From Paraspadella gotoi (taxonomy: Eukaryota; Animalia; Chaetognatha), in contig CM119269.1 in the NCBI GenBank assembly GCA_051294375.1, positions 10,956,883-11,020,882 of the forward strand: a stretch of DNA of 64,000 nucleotides. The letters are read 5' to 3'. Below, in pieces: positions 1-13,699 of the stretch (position 1 is the stretch's first letter; every line of letters begins with the position of its first letter). The notes below the pieces were generated by a model. It was not told the origin of the DNA and searched no databases. It saw only the letters and a list, made by a program, of their open reading frames with translations. The translations under genes were made by a program, and so were the position numbers.

Positions 1-245
1 GAAGAATTTAAGTAAAATTTGTATTATTGACTAAAATTATTACATTATTGTAGATTATTGCCACTAAAAAATTTTAAAAACTTATCACATGAATAATCTC
101 GATGATAATGACGATGCTTTTAACAAATTTTTGCTCGTTCACCTTCATGATGAAATTTTTTAAATTTTGTTCATTTTTCAAAAATGTTTTCTCTTAACTA
201 AATTTAATATTTCTTTCCTTCCTCCCCGTTCCTTAATCGCCTTAG

Positions 246-3200
246 ACATCCATGGGCCTTTATCAATGGTGAGAGAATCGAGTGGCGTCACGTTCAATAT
301 CAAAAATACGTCGCGTTGGCCATCATGAACGTCGACCTCATTAGGATCGACATCAACCAATGTCCCAAGTGAGGCGGATGAGTTGAGACTCAGTGTGATG
401 AAGTTGAGTTGAATTACGAGGCAAAAAATATATTTCTTTTACGGAAACCATATATATTTCGCAGTTATTAAAATTCTTCTTTTGTTTAATTTATAATCTG
501 AAAACGTCGTTGATTCTCCGCAGAGACTCCATCCACACAGACGACAACTATTTTGGTGGAACGGCCAAGTGCAAATCCACAACAATGTGCGAACCCATTC
601 ACGGATACGGCTTCATGAGAGGCGGCTACAAGTCAGTTTAGAAAGGAGGAGGGGAGGGGCTGGGGGCGGAGGGGGGCGTGGCGAGAAAAACAGATGAAGA
701 TTTCGACAGAGAAAGACGTGCGTGACGACGAAGGCGAAGACGAAGACGACGACGAAGAAGATGACGAAGACGACGANNNNNNNNNNGACGAAGACGAAGA
801 CGAAGACGATAATGTTATTTCACGAGATCGTAAATCAAAGAGAAACTTCCGCGCGGCGAAGAAAAAATAGTTCCGTCACGCATCGGTTGTCTCCTCTCCA
901 TGGAGTCTGTCGTTTTATTTAATTCATCGGAGATTATTTTCGAATGTCGAATGAGAGGCGTTCCCTGTTCTTACCTTTCCTCGACTTTTTCCTCTTTTTT
1001 CTTTTTATACTTTTTTCTCCTTTTTTTTTTTCGCGCCAGTGAAAATAGAGTATCGTGGCAAACGACTTCATTAATCATTCCCGAATTAGTTATGCGAGGC
1101 CAACAAAAAAAAAGGCGCGCGAATTAAAAAGAAATAAATTAGAGGCTGGTTTTTGGCAAAGGGTCTACCAGAAAATATCGGTCCATCGATCTCCCGCCCA
1201 GGCCAAGTTAATACGAGTTATGAGGCCGAAGTAGAGGTGGGAATAATTTATCGATGCTTTTATGAGTTGCAGATGTAAAAGGACATAAGTCTTGTCGGTG
1301 TCGTGGCCACTTCAGCATCAAAAAAATTGCGGTCATTCGAGCTTTATGCCTATAACGCTAACTCTTTCTTTAATCTTTTTTTTTTTTTTCAATTTGATTT
1401 TTTTTCCGCAAGGACACTTTATCGCAATGTTCTCTGTCTCTTTTCCTCTCTGACTCTCTCTCTCTCTCACTCTTACATCCCTCACATCTTCTCTCAAATT
1501 GTCCTCTCATTCAGATGCGTCTGCAAGCCGGGCTACCGCTACCCTTTCTTCCAGAAAGGCCCTTTCCTGGGTGAGGTGATCGAACGCGCGACCAACGAGG
1601 AGTACGAGCGGAATTTCGATTGTCTCGAAGTCAGAGACAAATTCGTCATCCCGGATCAGTCGTCGTCGGGACTTAACCCGGATGTCGGTGAGGAGGCCGG
1701 GATGTAATAAGAAAACTGTTTCGTCTCGATTTTTAACCCGTTTTTGTTCATTTTTGTTCTTTTTTGTTCCTATTTTTTCTCGACCGAAGTTCACTTCTTT
1801 ATGTCCACTAGTCATTACAATGTCGACAAGGGTAACTTTATAATTTATATATATTTATGAAATTGTTTGATACATTGCTACGTATAGTTTATTAATTGAA
1901 GAATAGTTAAAACCTCATAAAGGGGTGAACCCAAGTCCTATTTCGGATTAACTAGTCAAACGTAGAACACTGACTTTTTTTGGTTGTAAGCTATCCTATC
2001 GAATTAAAACCAGTATACTAATTGAAAAAGATGTGATTTCTTACATTAAACTAATCACTAGCAAGATTTGTATATATATATTTTTATATATCACTTAGAC
2101 AGGGAGACTGGTTGTTGATGCTCGTTCGAATAATACGATTTAATCTCACGATTTCCTACATTCGATTTCAGACCGAAACTTCATTACCGGCCGCAAGAAG
2201 CGATCGGTACAAGGAGAGGAAGAGGAGGAAGAGGAGGAGGAAGATGAGGAGGAAAGGAAGAGGAGGAGCGTCATCGATGAGATTTTCGAATCCGATTTGT
2301 CGGAGGAAGAAGTTCGTTCTCGGTTCGAGAGACAAGCGGAGGAACACGAACGAGTCAAGCGGCAGGTTAGATCCTGGGAGGAAACAAATGATCAATAAGG
2401 TTTAAAGATTTCAAAGTGATTGCAAGGTTTTTTCGAAAAAGTTTAAAAAGACAGACAGACAGGTCGATCGTCAAGTGAATTTATTCCAGAGGTTTTCAGA
2501 ATAGATTTGAATTAGATCGTTAAATATTTTTTTTTATATTCAGGCTCAAGTAGGTGAAATGAAGATCGAAGACATGTACAAGATGATTAAAGAACAGGAG
2601 TCATTCATCGGGTTTCACAGACTCTATCAGCATCTCACTCAAGTCAACGACATCACCAGAGACAATTGCCAAACGCAGGTGAGAATATCGCGGTAAAAGA
2701 AAAAAAGAAAGAGAAGGATGCCATCTCGGTGCCCTCGTGACTGAGTTTAATGCAAATGACACTTTGGCGGAGTCTTATATATAGTAAAATATATGTCAAA
2801 CAAAAGAACCTTATAAACAAGACTTTCAACGTCTTAAATTTTAGCGTAATGTTTCATAAATCGATGGATCCGTCTCCCCTTAACTAGATTAGCAGCCATC
2901 TCCGCTTTGTATTATCTTGTTGTGTGAAATTCATTCACTATTGTCTCTCTCTTACTTGAGAAACTTCAGCCATCAACTTTTTACCGTTAATTGACACTCT
3001 TGTAGTCAAGACGGTCTTCAAGAAGAAGTTGGCGAACTCGACACCGATCCCGCATCTACGAATTACGCGGATCCAGTTGGTCGCCACAAAAAAACGAAAG
3101 AAAAATAAAGGAAAAAAATAAAGAGAGAAAGAAAGAAAGAAAAAAAAAGAAAGAAAGAAAAAAAAAGTAGGGAAAAGAGAAAGAAAGGAAAAGAGAAAGA

Positions 3201-3342
3201 AAAGAAGAGAGAAAGAAAGGAAGAGAGAAAGAATGAGAGAAAAAGAAAGAGAGAAATAAAAATAGAAAAAAGGATAGAGAGAAAGAAAGAGAGAAAGAAA
3301 GAAAGAGATAAAGAAAGAAAGAGAAAAAAAAAGAAAGAAGTA

Positions 3343-3430
<88 letters not shown>

Positions 3431-4599
3431 AAGAAGGAAAGAGAGAGAAAAAAAAGAAAGAAGTAAATAAAGAAAAAAAGAGAGGGAGAAAGAAAGATAG
3501 AGAGAAATAAAGAAAGACAGAAAACAATTAAAAAAAGGAAGAGAAAAAGAAAGGAAGAGATAAAGAAGGGAAGAGAGAAAGAAAGGGAGAGAGAAAGAAA
3601 GAAAGGAAGAAAGACTAAATATGAATGTCAAATAAAAAAAGTGTTACGACGCTAACTTTCTTCCGGCGTCACGCCCTTGCCTGCCTCACCTTCTCTTTTC
3701 TTCGCAGCGTGCCGAGAACCTCACAATGCCTGGCGACGTCGCTTTCAATGTCAGCGTCTATTTTGACGAGCAAGCTCGGGCCGCGGTGAGACTGGCANNN
3801 NNNNNNNAAAGAGATCTCGAACCACTCTATTTTTCCTTCAGACTGTGGATCCCAACGAAAAGTTCACAGGTCGAAAGGGAGATCATCTGTTGTCGGAGGA
3901 GGAGCTCATTGGCGAAGTTCTGGCCGCCGTCGTCAGGTGAGGTCGGGTGGCGATGGGTAAGGACTTTTCTTGGCGTTGTTGTTGTTGTTGTTTTTTTTTT
4001 AGCATTTCTTTCTTTTTGGTTCTCTCGGAGAATCAAACAAACTGCGAGCATGACCGAAATTGCTATGGAAAGAAAGAAGAACTATTACGAACAAAAGCGT
4101 TGAAAAGATCATAGTTTATATTCATAAAGAGGTCAGTCAACCGAGAAGAGCGAAAAAATCCGCCGCGAGGTCAAGTCGAAGACGAAAACGAATTCGAGAA
4201 AAAGGAAACCAATGAGGAAAACAAAAGAAATAAACAAAACAAATCTAAGGCAAACAAAAGACTAGCAGAAAAAATTCGCCAGCGCTGGCGGCGGCGCGGT
4301 TAGGAAATGGAATAAACAATCGTAAACAATGGACTGCCGCAGAAGGTGGTAGAGATGAAGGAAATAAGTGAAGTAAGTGTCAAATGCGCTGATAAAGAAA
4401 ATGAAGAGAACATTGTTTTGAGAAGGAAAGGAGAAAATAAGTATAAGGGAATTAAGTATAGCAGGAAAGACATAAGGTAAGGAAGAAAGAAAGGAAAAAG
4501 GAAAAAGAAAGCGAAAAAGGAAAAGAAAAGAAAAGATAAAAAGAAAAGAAGAAAGAAAAGAAAGAAATAAAAAGAAAAGAAAAGGAAAAAAAAAGAAAG

Positions 4600-4632
<33 letters not shown>

Positions 4633-5499
4633 GAAAGAAATAGAAAGGATTACGAACGAACGATCGAACGCACAGAAAAGGAAGGAAGGAAGGAAAGATG
4701 AAAGAAAGATAGCGACGAACGAAGTAACGAATGAACGAACGAATAAAAGTGAGAACCGAAGGGGAAGAAAACGCGTCGAAAAAGAAAACAACAACAAAAA
4801 TTCAGCTGCGGAGTCATCGCTCTCGTTTCGCAACGGGTCGGATGAACCGAGAGGATGGAGGGGAGGGGAGATTGAAGGTGGAGGCGCTTTTTTTGGGGGG
4901 GGGCAGGGGCGGTGACTGGCGCAACCCATTTCCATTTTGTTGACCCACATGTGAGAAGAGTCTTAGCTCGGGCCGACGTCGACTGTGAGGCCGACGTCAG
5001 CTTCTTCCTTCTCGGTGATAAATTTGACGCGGACGCCCGACGTCGTCCGCCTTCGTTCTGACTTCTAACCAAGACAAGCCCCTTTTTTTTTTTTTTTTTT
5101 GCGCAAGCAGACTGCGCTTCTCTTTTCTATTGCACAACATAGCTACAAGATATAGTTGTCTGGAATATAAAAGTTATGACAAATGACAAATGACATTTAA
5201 ACGATAAAAACGACCAAATTCTAAAATAAGTATACTATGAAATTGGATTTCTCTTGCCAAATAACTTTCGACCTTTTCTCCTTTCTCTTTAAAACACGAC
5301 CCGAACGTTAAATTTTGCAGTCTCCCTCTCAAAATGGCGTCCACCCCACAACGCTACGCCCACCCCTGGCGCCATCTTTCCCGTTTCTGTCGAATTCAAG
5401 ACGTCAGTCCCGTCCGAGAAAGAGAGAGGGAGAGGTTGCTACTTAACCCTCGGGTCGGGATAACGTAGGCCGTGACCGATAGGTGTCGTTATAATACTG

Positions 5500-5594
<95 letters not shown>

Positions 5595-5952
5595 AATTTG
5601 CGTTTGCGTCGCTCGCGATTTTCAAGTCGAGAGACGCCATTAACATTTTTTTATCGTTTCCCTCACTTCCCCCTTTTTTTTCCTTACCCGACCACACGAC
5701 CTCACCCTCGCCTCCCAGTGACCGAAAGATCTGGGGCGCCGGCGTCTATTGGGACTTGAACGCCTACCCGAAGACGGAGGGGCGGCCCCGTTTCGCGCCG
5801 CACGCTTTTCCCACCGAGACGCAGGACAAGATCAACAGCGAGAAGAAGGACACGAGAACTTTTAGGGTTAGTTGAAGATTTTTGGTTTGATTTATTTAAT
5901 TTATTAATTAATTAATTAATTAATTAAATTAAATAATTATTATTAATTAATT

Positions 5953-5988
<36 letters not shown>

Positions 5989-6059
5989 TTTTTTATTTAT
6001 TTATTTATTTATTTATTTTAATTAATAATTAATTAATTAATTAATTATTTATATATTTT

Positions 6060-6090
<31 letters not shown>

Positions 6091-6195
6091 TTATTTATTT
6101 ATTTATTTATTTATTATTTATTTATTTATTTTTTAATTTATTTATTTATTTATTTGTTTGCTTATTTATTTATTTATTTAATTATTTAATTATTT

Positions 6196-6232
<37 letters not shown>

Positions 6233-7459
6233 TTAATTTATTTATTTATTTATTTATTTGTTTGCTTATTTAATTATTTATATAATTATTTTATTTTTTA
6301 ATTATTTAATTATTTATTTATTTATTGATTTATTTATTTATTTAATTATTTTTTAAAAATATTGTATGGTTCGCTCGTAGATACATATATATAACAAAGG
6401 ACATTGAAATAGTTCATTAAAAATGAACTTACCTGTGAAATGGAAGGGTCAAATATTCCCCCCCCCCTCAAAATTAAAAATACGACAATCTTTTTTTTTA
6501 AACTTCATATATAATTCAACGTAATATTGTCGATAAAAAAATCCTCCGTTAGGTTCGTTAGTAGTCTGCTTGCAAAATTCTCCGTTAGGTTCGTTAGTAG
6601 CCTTCTTGCCAAATGATCTCAATAACAAAAGGCTTAACGAGAATATCGACTTGTCAAGGACAGCAAGTTGAGGCTTCGCCACCGCTTCGAGCTTCGCCTC
6701 CCGTTAAACGTCTAATTCCGAAGAAGGTTATTATCGAAAGACGATGGAGTAGCTACAATGCTACATACGTATTTCGAGTTATAAAATCACGTTGGAAAAA
6801 GATGAAAATGTTATGATAATGATGTTAATGAATTATGCTTCGTTGACATCGTCTCATTTTATCAACTTTCTTTCCATGTATTATTCGCCCACTTCTCAAT
6901 ACATCAAAAAGCACATCCATTATATCATCATCAATGCTTTTTTTTCTCCCCTTTTTTACTCTTTCGCCAGAGCGGCTATCAACTTCTGAACATCATTCAT
7001 CATTTCTTCTCCATCAAAAGTATTCCCCGTGGGTCGGCCACTTCCTTCCTTTGCTCTCCTCAACGCACTCTTCCCCCTCCAAAAAAAAAATGATAACCGA
7101 TGACTTTTTCTCCCGTTTAGTCTCTCTTCTTCCGGCCGAAGAGACAAGAAAAGACTCCATGAAATATTCACTTCGAGCGAGGGAGATTCGTTTCGTTTAT
7201 CTCTCATTCTCTCAAAACAAAGAAAACGTGAGAGACTTGACGGATGGAGCCGAGAACTTTTACGAGATTCCGTTCTCTCTCTCTCTCTATTGTAGATTCG
7301 TCTTCCTATCTTTTAAGACTTAACCTATCTATTTCCCTGTTTTTTCTTTGTCTCTTTTTCAGTTGGAAAAAATCGTTTTTTTTTTTGACAGTTCAGAAGT
7401 GAACCAAATCTCCGAGAAAAAGCTTTATGACGAGAAGAGAGAGGAGAGAGAGAGAGAGG

Positions 7460-7522
<63 letters not shown>

Positions 7523-8536
7523 AGAGGGCCGGAGAAAGAGAGGAGAGAGAAGTTGAGGAGAAGAGATGTGAGAGTGAGACCTAAATTAGCGCCTCTATGA
7601 CTGACGGCTGAATGGTTTCGGTAACTGGTTTCAGTGGCTCAACGAAGAACGTCACTATTGCTCAAGAATGACTAATTGCCTGCAGCGCTAAATCCGGTGC
7701 TCGCCGCGTGACAAGACGCCACAATCGTGGCAATTAGATTCGACACCGCCACTTTAACAATTATGTTTTCATTATATCCACACATTTCAACTCGAGCGTC
7801 ACTTGCCGGCGTCCATTGGGCCACCGGACGCTCGGATTCGAAAGAGAGTTTCACGCCGTCGCTCCACTTTGAGTGGAAGGATATCGTTATCGTTTGCGGT
7901 TGAAGGAGAAAAGAGAAAGTTACGTCTGCGATGCTCGAGGTGTTTGCCATTACATTGACAGCTGGCAATGAGAGCAGTAACTACCACTGGCGTGTTTATT
8001 TCAACATCATCACTCTTTAACCAGCGTAACACCAGCGTAACACCAGCGTAACACCAGCGTAACACCAGCGTAACACACTAACAGTGAGTGGATTAAATTC
8101 GGAACTCACGGTTGGTGAGCGAGTATTTAATTTTACATTGAGACGAGCTGGAGCACCGGAGCACTGGAGCAGTGGAGCAGCTATGAGGGAGGGGAACTTA
8201 AGATATCGCCACAAAGTAAACTGTTTAGTTTCTACCCGAAAGAGGGAAGAAAAGAAAGAGCCGGACGTGGCTTGATCATTAATTTGATAGAAAAGTCGAC
8301 CCTCGACAACCAAATCGCTTTTATGCCCCGCCCATTTCAACTTACATTAATTACAACCCCGATTTCACTTTCCCCTTCAGGTGCGCGACATCGCCGGAGA
8401 CTACAACTCCGGCAGGGATTACCTCGAGAAGGATTGGTTCAGAAATATGAAGGCGCGTTGGCGAACCACCGTCGATGATCTTCAGCTGGAGACGCAAAAG
8501 TTCAACATCCGATCATCTCCTGCGGGTGAGAGAGAG

Positions 8537-8583
<47 letters not shown>

Positions 8584-9346
8584 AGAGAGAGCGCGACAGA
8601 GTGCGAAGCCCTTCCGAAGGAGAAAAAGGAAAAAAAAGAAACTGGGAAAATTAGGTCCCACTGCTAAAAAAAAATATGGTGATAAAAAACGTGAAACCGC
8701 GTAATTGCATTAGCATACATAAACACGAAAGGGTGATTAGTCGAGTGGGATCACCCCACCGAATCGTCGATTCCGCCTTCCGATCGTCCTCTTCCTCACC
8801 CTTGGCCGCCGCCGCCGCCCCCTCCCTCTCCAGGCGTTCAGAAGATCCGTTTCGAGCACTACCCCCAGCAGTACTTCTCCGCCGACTACGAGGACGGAAC
8901 GTGGACCAACCCTTACTTCAACTGCGACGGCCCCGTCTACCACTGGCTCCTCTCGTACGTCATACCCTTCTTCGGACCCAACATCCTCGGCGTCGGTTCT
9001 CTCGAGTTTAAAGGTGAGATGAGAGATTCCTCGAGGTTGAGACTTCGTTACTTCGCGTATCCGCGAGTATCCCGAGTAATCAATCCATTCGTACCTTGGG
9101 TTAGCTTCGTTCATTTGATCGTTTCATCTTTCAATTTTTTCCGTTCATATTAAATTACATAACTTAGTCGTTTATTTACTGATTTCCATTCATTGATTCT
9201 TTTATTAATTGTCACTGTCACTGTGCTATCTGTGTGCATGAATAAGTAATTCATCATAGATTCATTCATTGATTGAGCCGTGATCTGGTCAGAATCATAC
9301 CTTCCATTTCCTGGAGGCCCAGCCCCCTTTCATCGATGCTCACCGA

Positions 9347-9409
<63 letters not shown>

Positions 9410-12145
9410 GCTCTCTCTCTCTCAGATGCTAACGAGCGAGATTTTTACGACGAGTCTCTCGTTACCATTTTTGTTGTCCTCGTAAAAAAAAAAGAAAGAA
9501 AAAACCTGGCCAAGAAGAAACGTAGAAGAAATATAAAATAACAAAATAAAAAATTCGCGAGCGCGGAATCGCAATCTAGTTTCGAGCAGAACGTTTTTTC
9601 GTTTTATTCGTTCGGTCGGTCGTTCCGGTTCCACAACCCGCTCGAGCGCTCGACGTTATTTATCCGCCTTTTCAAAGTCGATGGAAAGAGGAGTAATTAA
9701 AAATCGATTAGCTCGAGGCTTTTTGTTATTTCTTTCTTTCTTTTTAACAATCGGCCAAATCGAAGTGAACAAGACGAATCGATTTAAATGCCGGAGGAAA
9801 TTTAAGTTACCGATACGCAATTACTTTTTATGTATACATTTACGCAAATTATGTCAGTTTGTATGTCTTTTGTACATCCTTTTTCTTCTCCGAAGTTAAG
9901 TTTAAGGTTTCATTTTCTTCAATTTCACGGTTTCCCCATGTGATATTTTTAGTTGCGCCGCGAGTACTCGCGGATCCACTCTATAAGTCACTTTTCGGTC
10001 GGTCGGTCGGTCCATCGGTCGTTATGTCTGTCAGTCGGTCTGTCCCACTTACATTAAAAATGCATATAATTTGCCTATAGTTGGTAGCTCATTTGTTAAA
10101 ACAGAAAAAACCCTCAAATCTAAGGGACTGCTAGCGCCGTCTTCAGGAATTCCTAAAACTATAAAAGACGGAATATTGATGCAGTTCATGTCATAAATAC
10201 ACAGGCAAAAAAAGGAAATACACGTGAAAATAATGTTTCTGCGGCGCAACACATTGGAATTACCGTTCTTGTTTCTACTTCCATTCACTTTCCGCTTCCC
10301 ACCCGCAAAATCGCCTTATTCATCGCCACGCCCCCCCCGCCCTCGTTTCTCTTTCACCTCCTCCCCTTCAATCCCCAATCCCCACGTCTTCAGGTCTGGT
10401 CAGAATCGATGTCAAGCTCAAGGATCTGGACATCAACCAGTGCGACATGGAGGCTTGGGTGCCGAACGCCTTCAAAAACACTCATCGCTGCGACAGAGAG
10501 ACGACCTATTGCGAACCTTATCCCGAGCAGGTGAGCCGATCGCGGAAAAAAGACTTTCTTTCTTTCTTTCTTTCTTTCTCTACTTATTAATTGCTTTCTT
10601 TTTTCTTTCTTTATTTCTTTCTTTTTTTTTTCTTTCTTTCTTTTTTTCTTTCTTTCTTTCTCTTTTTTCTCATGAGTATCGCTTTTTGCTAACAGGTCCC
10701 TGGTTCCCCTGCTGCCATTTTTATACTCTTTTTAAAGAACAAATCTCGACAAGGGATAGAGTCTTTCCTTTTTAATCCCTTATTTTCATTTTCCTTCTTT
10801 TTCCCTTTCTCCTCTTTTTCCCTCTACCCTTTTCCATTTTCCTTTTTTTTTCCTTTTTCCTTCCTCTCTTCCTCTGGCAACCGTCAGTGCGAAACAGATT
10901 TTCCCTCGGCTTTTGCTCCCCGAGTCAAACTCGGCGTCGGTCGAGGGAAATGTGATTTTTTTTTTTTTTTTGAGAAGTCACGTGACTTTTTACATTCACG
11001 ATGAGAGGAGAAGAGATGAGAAAATTCATACATCAAATATTATGGGAAGGGCGAAGGGGAGGAAATGACCGCGCAGGTCGTTTAAATTTTTTTGGGGGGG
11101 GGCTTTTTAACAATGTTCACTATCTAAAAAAATAATTATTAAAAAGTAGTAGAGATTTTCACAAAACTACTCAACAACCGCGAATATTCATCCGAAAATT
11201 CGCATCCTTTTTCTCAACGCTTATACTGTCAAACATTCGCTTTTCAATTCGAGATCCTTCACTCCCTCTCAGTCCCTCGCGTTCATTGACGTCACGAACG
11301 ACGTCGCGTCCACGTCATCGTGACCCGATGACGTCACGGATGACGAGCGTGACTCGAGTTGACGTTACGTTTCGGCGGCGACACAAGAAACGACGACGAC
11401 GACAACGACGACGACGACAATCCCGATTAACATGCGTGACTAATGAGAATTGAATCGATTCAGTCTAAAAACTAAAATTAAAAATTTTGTTTAGATTTTT
11501 TTTTCTTTGATTAATTTTAACGAAGATCATTTGTTGACAAAAAGAATTCATTCGTTCTTCCCGGCGACGCCGATCGCGTTCTCGTCCATGAAGAAAAAAA
11601 TGGATGAAACGTTTTATAATCGAATTTGTTTTGCTTTAAGGGTTTCATAACCGGAGCTTACATGTGCCTTTGCAAGCAAGGCTACGAGTATCCGTGGGAG
11701 GACATCGGTCGATGGTACGACGGACAACAAATGGAACTGCACTTCTCGAGAAAGCTGAGGGGAGAGAACAACAGGTAATTTTAGGGAGGTTTGGATTTGT
11801 TGTCAAGTTTGTTTTTTTTTTTGTTGTTTTTTTTTCTGAAATAAAATTAACAATTTGTTGTCAATTAAGTAAAAATATTAGATTTTAAAATTCATGATTC
11901 GTAGCGCTGAAACGTACATAAGCGGCTAAACTAAGTTTGAGAAAAAAGTATTCGATCGAATAAACAAATGTGAAAGTATATCCACGTGAATTAGTAAGTC
12001 GCAATAAAGTTTTTTACCGGAAGTTCCCCATTTTTTTCCCAGATACGATCGACTCAAATGTCGCTTGGCAGGGGCGGCTGATATCAGAGCGAACGTCATC
12101 GTCGTTGGCTTTTTAAGCGTCGTGGCGTGGGCGTTGACGAAGTGA
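246..12145 (+). CDS. GPR158/GPR179-like tandem-ectodomain protein (Cache-like + EGF-like modules), no 7TM, probable GPI anchor; 5'-partial
   Basis: Phase-consistent GT-AG exons: 246-368, 524-631, 1515-1687, 2172-2365, 2544-2678, 3708-3797 (runs into N gap), 3842-3936, 5719-5866, 8381-8525, 8834-9013, 10394-10530, 11641-11774, 12043-12145 (TGA). Module 1 reads ...RIDINQCPK..NYFGGTAKCKSTTMCEPIHGYGFMRGGYKCVCKPGYRYP. Module 2 reads PGDVAF..EQARAAVRLA..GEVLA..KIWGAGVYWD..WF..GTWTNPYFNCDG..WLLSYVIPFFG..EFKGLVRIDVKLKDLDINQC..THRCD..CEP..GFITGAYMCLCKQGYEYP. These match recalled GPR158-family extracellular motifs (WxxPYFDC, FxGxxxxD, DINQC, GxYxCxCxxG). The C-terminus is RLAGAADIRANVIVVGFLSVVAWALTK*. 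Confidence 0.85.
3095..3615. repeat. (GAAA)n / purine-rich low-complexity tract
   Basis: Long (AAAG)n run with A/G-only flanks, in an intron. Confidence 0.9.
5888..6350. repeat. (TTTA)n/(TTAA)n microsatellite tract
   Basis: About 460 bp of degenerate TTTA repeats, in an intron. Confidence 0.95.
8017..8076. repeat. 11-bp tandem repeat (TAACACCAGCG) x~5
   Basis: Directly visible. Confidence 0.9.
9945..10160 (+). mobile_element. Helentron-associated (HINE/DINE-1-like) non-autonomous element
   Basis: Starts TTTTAGTTGCGCCGCGAGTACTCGCGG and has an internal (GGTC)n microsatellite; near-identical inverted copy at 40833-41061. Confidence 0.55.
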
Positions 12146-12321
12146 GGGACAAGCGATGACGATAACTACGATCTCTAAATGAAGACCGTTTTTCAAGTTA
12201 TGCAATGTTCATTTATGTGCATATGTGTAATATACTTTTTACTTGTTTTTTTTTCGTGTACAAATGTGTTAATATCAAATGTGATATCTATATACCGTTT
12301 TTGTATATCTGGTCGAATCAA

Positions 12322-12327
12322 AATAAA
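12322..12327 (+). terminator. Polyadenylation signal of the GPR158-like gene
   Basis: AATAAA ~180 nt downstream of the stop codon at 12145. Confidence 0.5.
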
Positions 12328-12609
12328 GCTAGCATATTCAGGTTTACAGTTACAGAGTTAGAAACTAAGAAGAAATGAAAAAAAAAATTTTACGAATGGG
12401 AGAAAAAGGGAAAAAAGAGTAATTACCTTCAAAAAAAAATTCTTTAAATTTCTTTCCAACGACGTATTACTTCGATTTTTTTTGTCCAACGGCTTCGTGT
12501 ACATCGTATTTCCCGAAGGGTGAATCAATTAAAGAGGGAAATGATATTTTTTTCCAGCGAGAATTTTCTCTTCTTTCATATATTTTCTTTAATTCTTTCG
12601 TTTATTTAA

Positions 12610-13489
12610 GGGGACCCAGTGATAAAAATGATATCATAAGCTTAAGGGTCTATCATCAAAGGAATTTGAATGGTGATAGTCATTAATTTTTCTTTGCACG
12701 GGAAAGTGGCGAAAAAATTCCTATCTCTTATTGTAGCGGAAACAAAAATTTAATAATTATGAAAAAAACATTTAGTTGACCCTACCTAAATATTTATATA
12801 ATCCATTATTTTATTTTTGCATTAGAAAATATTTTTTACTAAATTTCAAATTTGTATTTTTTACTGTACAAAGCTACAATTTTAGGTTTAAGCCTCATTG
12901 AACAAAGGCTTTACAAGACTAATATTTTTTTATTTTTATATTTGCCTAAAAGCAGACAAATCAAACCTAAATTCTATTCTTACAGAAACAAAACTGTAAT
13001 AATTATTAATTAATATTCATATTCATCCCTTAAATGTATTATTAAAGTATATTGATTCCTAATTGTAACAGTTAAAAATTTAGCAAAAGTACAGAATCTT
13101 TCTCTTTTTTTTATATTTATATTACTTCAAAGAGTTTTATTTTTATCCAATTAACAGAATCATTTTAAAAGAATGTTTAAATAAAATCAGTCGATACCTT
13201 AAATTTTGATTCATTCCTAGTTTTTTTTCTTATAAATTTTTGTTATAAAAGCTGAAAATCTTTTTAAAATTAGATTTTACCCTTTTTTGAAAAAAAAAAT
13301 TTTAAACTTGAAAAAGATTTTCTTCTTACCGATTTTTTAAAGAAAATTAAGCTCGCTGATTTTATCAAATTTTTTAACTACTTTCCCAAATGATTATAGA
13401 AAAAAAAATTATATGATCAGAACCAGCTTAAGTTAAAGGGTCAAACGTTATGTTTTCAGCTCTTTACCCCCCCTGTTCACTTGGTCCCC
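12610..13489. mobile_element. Non-autonomous DNA transposon with TTAA target site (Kolobok-like)
   Basis: TTAA|GGGGACCCAGTGA ... TCACTTGGTCCCC|TTAA: 13-bp TIR (12/13 match), TTAA on both sides, AT-rich non-coding interior of 880 bp. Confidence 0.65.
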
Positions 13490-13699
13490 TTAATCTTTTT
13501 CTTTTCTTTTCTTTTCTTTTCTTTTCTTCTTTCTTTTATTTTTCTTTTTTCTTCTTTTCTTTTCCTTTCTTTTCTTTCCGATTATTTTTGTTCTTTTATC
13601 TTCTTTTTTTTCTCGATCTTTGCCCCCAGAAGGGTTGAGTTTTTGAGTCAAAAGTCCGAGTCAAAGTCAAAAAAAGCATCCTCCTTCTTAAATAAAAAA

